A stretch of 64,000 nucleotides of DNA from Candidatus Sumerlaeaceae bacterium (lineage in GTDB: Bacteria; Sumerlaeota; Sumerlaeia; Sumerlaeales; Sumerlaeaceae), in assembly GCA_049968255.1 (NCBI GenBank), contig JBMFRB010000003.1, positions 332,477 through 396,476 of the forward strand. Direction: 5' to 3'. Shown in pieces: positions 60,572-64,000 of the stretch. The translations under genes and the position numbers were made by a program. Below the pieces are notes generated by a model, which saw only the letters and a list, made by a program, of their open reading frames with translations, was not told the DNA's origin and made no database searches. Numbering within the stretch: position 1 is the first letter of the stretch; every line of letters begins with the position of its first letter.

Positions 60572-61612
60572 CTACTCTTTGCCCTCGAGTTTTGCTCGGA
60601 GTTCTTTGACAATTTCCGAAAGTCTAGCCACCTCGCTGACAAGGTCAGGCAGTTTAGCTTCGGCAGCCATGATTCGGGCAGCCAGACGGAACGGCCGCGC
60701 CGGAGCCCCCAGAACCGTTTGCCCATCCCCGATATGATCCTTCACGCCACTGCGCGCCATCACGCGCACGCCGCGGCCCAGGTTGAGGTTGTCGGCAATT
60801 CCCACCTGGGCCGCGAGAATGCTGCCATCGCCCACCGAAGAACTTCCCGCAATCCCTACCTGCGCCACAATCACACAGTCGCGCCCAATTTTTACATTAT
60901 GCGCGATCTGCACCAGGTTATCAATTTTCGTGCCCGCGCCAATACGGGTCTCAGTGAAGCTCGCTCGGTCTATGGTCGTGTTAGCGCCGATTTCCACGTC
61001 GTCTTCAATAACCACGCGCCCGACTTGCGGGATTCTTGTCCACTTTCCTCCAATCACTTCGTATTTGAAGCCGTCCCCACCAATGACGGCACCTGCCTGA
61101 ATGATGACGCGGTGGCCAATGCACGTCCCGTGTTCAATGACCACATTCGGATGCAGATGGCAACGCTCACCAATTTCGACGTCGGGCCCCACGACGCACC
61201 CAGCTTCGATGATCGTGCCAGCACCGATTCGCACGCGCGGTCCCACGACAGCGTGCGGTCCCACGCGCACTCCCGCGCCGAGCTGTGCCGTCGGAGCCAC
61301 AACGGCTGTTGGATGAATCCCATCGAAATAAATCGCGGCATCGGCAGGATAGAACCGCTCAAGCAAATAGAGCACGCCACGCCACGGCTCTTTCAGCACC
61401 ACGCAGGTTTTCCCTGCAATCGCCATCTGTTCGGGAACGATCAGCGCCGAGGCTTGTGTCTTCTGGGCTGCCGGCACATAGCGTTCGTGTGTCACAAATG
61501 AAATTTCGCCCGCCTTGGCCTCTTCCAGAGTCGTGAGCCCCTGGATTTCGAAGTCCTCGCCCGGCCCAACAATTTGTCCACCGACTGCCTCAGCGAATTC
61601 GCGAAGTCGCAT
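60572..61612 (-). CDS. lpxD: UDP-3-O-acylglucosamine N-acyltransferase
   Basis: Hexapeptide repeats, [29 protein letters not shown]. Confidence 0.96.
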   Translation of the reverse strand: MRLREFAEAVGGQIVGPGEDFEIQGLTTLEEAKAGEISFVTHERYVPAAQKTQASALIVPEQMAIAGKTCVVLKEPWRGVLYLLERFYPADAAIYFDGIHPTAVVAPTAQLGAGVRVGPHAVVGPRVRIGAGTIIEAGCVVGPDVEIGERCHLHPNVVIEHGTCIGHRVIIQAGAVIGGDGFKYEVIGGKWTRIPQVGRVVIEDDVEIGANTTIDRASFTETRIGAGTKIDNLVQIAHNVKIGRDCVIVAQVGIAGSSSVGDGSILAAQVGIADNLNLGRGVRVMARSGVKDHIGDGQTVLGAPARPFRLAARIMAAEAKLPDLVSEVARLSEIVKELRAKLEGKE

Positions 61613-61712
61613 CGAAACGTCCTATCCTCTTACGAAAGCGTTGCAAACATCCTGACTCAAGACACTAGTGCCACTGGCCACACAACCCAACACAGCGATG
61701 CAGCCCGTGGCG

Positions 61713-62864
61713 TCAATTGCGTTTTTCCTCGGCGAAGTGCTCGATGAGCTCGATCATCTTGGCCGTGACGTCCGCGAAAGGCACCTGTTCGAGAATGAGT
61801 CTGCCCTGGCGATAGATGCGGGCGGTTTTTCCGCTGGCCACCACGCCCAGGTCGGCTTCCGCTGCTTCACCTGGGCCGTTCACATAACAGCCCATGACCG
61901 AAACTTTCACCGGCGTGGTTAGGTGTGCCGTGCGCTCCTCAATTTCGCGGGCTATTCGCGTCGTGTCGAACCCCTGATCTTCGCGCCCGCACGTTGGGCA
62001 AGCTACCACTTCCACTCCATAGCTGCGTAGTCCAAGCGCCTGGAGAATTTTGAAGCCCGTTCGCACCTCTTCGAGCTTATCAGGCGTCGAACGCGCAGCA
62101 ATGGACACACGCAACGTGTCGCCGATTCCCTCAAGTAGCAGTGCACCTATTCCGATGCTCGATTTGATATTCGAGCTATCTTTCGTGCCTGCTTCAGTCA
62201 CTCCCAAATGTAGCGGATAATCGCACGCTCGACCCAGCTGGCGATACGCTTGAACCATGAGCGGCACGTTCGAGCTCTTCACGCTGATGATAATTCGGTG
62301 GAAACGCAGCGATTCAAGCATCTCAACATTGCGCAAAGCGCTCTCCACGAGCGCTTCAGGCGGATAGCCCTCTTCCGGTGGCGTAAGGATGTTATCGCGC
62401 ACGTGCGCACCGTATTTGAGTGCAATGTCGCGTTCGAGCGAGCCATTGTTCACGCCAATGCGGATGGGCAAGCCAAACTCGTTCGCGCGCTCAACGACGG
62501 CCCGCACATTCTCCATTCCTCCAATATTGCCCGGGTTAATGCGGATCTTGTCCACATAGGGCGCGGCCTCGAGCGCCAGCCTGTGGTTGTAATGAATGTC
62601 GGCAACCAAAGGAATCCCTGCGCACTGGCGGCGGATTTCCGGAAGTGCCCGCGCGGCTTTCGGCGTGTCCACAGTCAAGCGAACGATTTCACAGCCGGCG
62701 TCCCACAAAGCGCGGATTTGCGCGATCGTGGCCTCGATGTCCCCCGTGTCCGTACTCGTCATGCTTTGCACGCGAATGGGATGTTCGCCGCCGAGGATCC
62801 ATTGTCCCACAGCGACTTCACGCGTCTTGCGGCGTGGCGGCAGAAGCTTATGCATTGTGCTCAT
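61713..62864 (-). CDS. ispG: HMBPP synthase (MEP pathway)
   Basis: IRVQSMT, PLVADIHY, RINPGN, RIGVN, PLHLGVTEAG, GIGDTLRVS, ACPTCGR, MGCYVNGPGE. Confidence 0.97.
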   Translation of the reverse strand: MSTMHKLLPPRRKTREVAVGQWILGGEHPIRVQSMTSTDTGDIEATIAQIRALWDAGCEIVRLTVDTPKAARALPEIRRQCAGIPLVADIHYNHRLALEAAPYVDKIRINPGNIGGMENVRAVVERANEFGLPIRIGVNNGSLERDIALKYGAHVRDNILTPPEEGYPPEALVESALRNVEMLESLRFHRIIISVKSSNVPLMVQAYRQLGRACDYPLHLGVTEAGTKDSSNIKSSIGIGALLLEGIGDTLRVSIAARSTPDKLEEVRTGFKILQALGLRSYGVEVVACPTCGREDQGFDTTRIAREIEERTAHLTTPVKVSVMGCYVNGPGEAAEADLGVVASGKTARIYRQGRLILEQVPFADVTAKMIELIEHFAEEKRN

Positions 62865-62911
62865 CGTGGGGCAAATACGACTTCCTGCGAACTTACTTCA
62901 GCCCGACACGC

Positions 62912-64000
62912 TCAATGTGGCTCGGCTGCTTTGCGCGCAAAGCTCTTACGCTCTAGCCATGCTGGTGGGATGTAAACGCAATCCGGTTCCGCCGCCATCG
63001 GATCGCCATAGACTGCGTAAGCACGCGCTCGACTGCCCCCGCACACACTCCGGTATTCGCACACTCCGCACTTGCCGCCAAGCCTGTCCGCGTCGCGCAG
63101 CCGCAAAAAAAGTTCGTGCTCCTGGTAAACAGTCACTGGCGAATCTGCGGGATATTTGCCACACGCGAGGGGAAGAAAGCCACTCGGACATATTTCGCCA
63201 GTGTGGCTCACGAACATCACCCCACGCCCATCGTTAGTTCCCACCGGCGCCTGACGGCTCATTCCGTAGATGTGTTGCGGCGTGTCGATGGGAGACAGCC
63301 CTAGCTTTTGCATAACGTAGCGCCGATAGTGGGGGGCCTCTGTGGATTTTACCGCGTAAAGGCGCCTCCGTGATTCACGGTACAGGAGTTCGAAAACGCG
63401 CTCGTACTGGCGCGCGCTAAGTCGTTGCGCATGACGTGCCCTCCCCACAGGCACAAGGAAAAACACTGACCACATCTGTACCGGCAATTTTTCCAACTCG
63501 TCGGCAAGTTGCTCGAGCTCATTGAGATTGGAGGCAAAAACCGTCGTGTTCACCTGAACGGGTAATCCCACCTCTCCAGCCCAGCGGATCATCTCAAGAC
63601 TTAGCGCGTGGCTTCCCTCGATGCCGCGGAAGGTGTCGTGAGTCTGCGGGCGTGCACCGTCGATGCTCACTCCGAAGCCACAAGCTCCCGCTTCCTTCAT
63701 CGCTGCTACAGCCTTCGCGGTCATGAGCGGAGTTGGCGACGGGGTCACAGCCATCCGCAACCCCACGCTGCGACCATGAGCAATCAGCTCCACGAGGTCG
63801 GGCCGCTTCATCGGATCCCCTCCGGTGAGCACCACCATGGGCGGTTTCGGGAACCGCGCAACCTCTTCAAGCAGGGCCGCACTCTGTGCCGGCGTCAGCT
63901 GACCGCGCGCAGGATTTAGCATGGCGCTGGCCCGGCAGTGCTTGCAAACCAGGTCGCAAGCACGCGTCACTTCGTAAAACACAAGTAGCGGCGAGTGCTC
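62912..64000 (-). CDS. Radical SAM/SPASM protein, TIGR04053/AhbD-like (5' end beyond window)
   Basis: FYEVTRACDLVCKHC, LTGGDP, WSVFFLVPVGR, KSTEAPHYRR, NDGRG...PSGFLP, GKCGVCEYRSVCGGSRARAY, EPDC. Confidence 0.85.
   Translation of the reverse strand, partial: EHSPLLVFYEVTRACDLVCKHCRASAMLNPARGQLTPAQSAALLEEVARFPKPPMVVLTGGDPMKRPDLVELIAHGRSVGLRMAVTPSPTPLMTAKAVAAMKEAGACGFGVSIDGARPQTHDTFRGIEGSHALSLEMIRWAGEVGLPVQVNTTVFASNLNELEQLADELEKLPVQMWSVFFLVPVGRARHAQRLSARQYERVFELLYRESRRRLYAVKSTEAPHYRRYVMQKLGLSPIDTPQHIYGMSRQAPVGTNDGRGVMFVSHTGEICPSGFLPLACGKYPADSPVTVYQEHELFLRLRDADRLGGKCGVCEYRSVCGGSRARAYAVYGDPMAAEPDCVYIPPAWLERKSFARKAAEPH

Overview
Core-chromosomal 64 kb segment of a GC-rich diderm bacterium. LPS genes lpxK/lpxD occur together with RNase Y, SpmAB and many prepilin-type genes; by inference this fits a lineage such as Candidatus Sumerlaeota/BRC1, not verified. 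About 50 CDS; I found no tRNA, rRNA, CRISPR, IS or phage signal. Main blocks: (1) a surface-glycan/LPS locus (O-antigen ligase, two GT4, large TPR protein, Wzm/Wzt, ArnT-like GT-C, cysteine desulfurase, polyprenol-P glycosyltransferase, lpxK); (2) a co-oriented run of Mre11/SbcD-like nuclease, membrane-anchored Rad50/SbcC-like ATPase, double-FHA protein and metallophosphatase; (3) five tandem GspG-like major pseudopilin paralogs after a GspK-like protein with an inserted lamin-tail domain; (4) scattered housekeeping genes, many separated from their usual operon partners (rpsL, hslV, rpoZ, znuC, lpxD, sat). Best leads: a GT2 resembling the eukaryotic queuosine-tRNA galactosyltransferase QTGAL, the multi-GspG array, and the Mre11-Rad50-FHA-phosphatase arrangement. 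All family calls are by eye from remembered motifs; no searches were run, and some starts were moved to a better RBS or a coupled codon.
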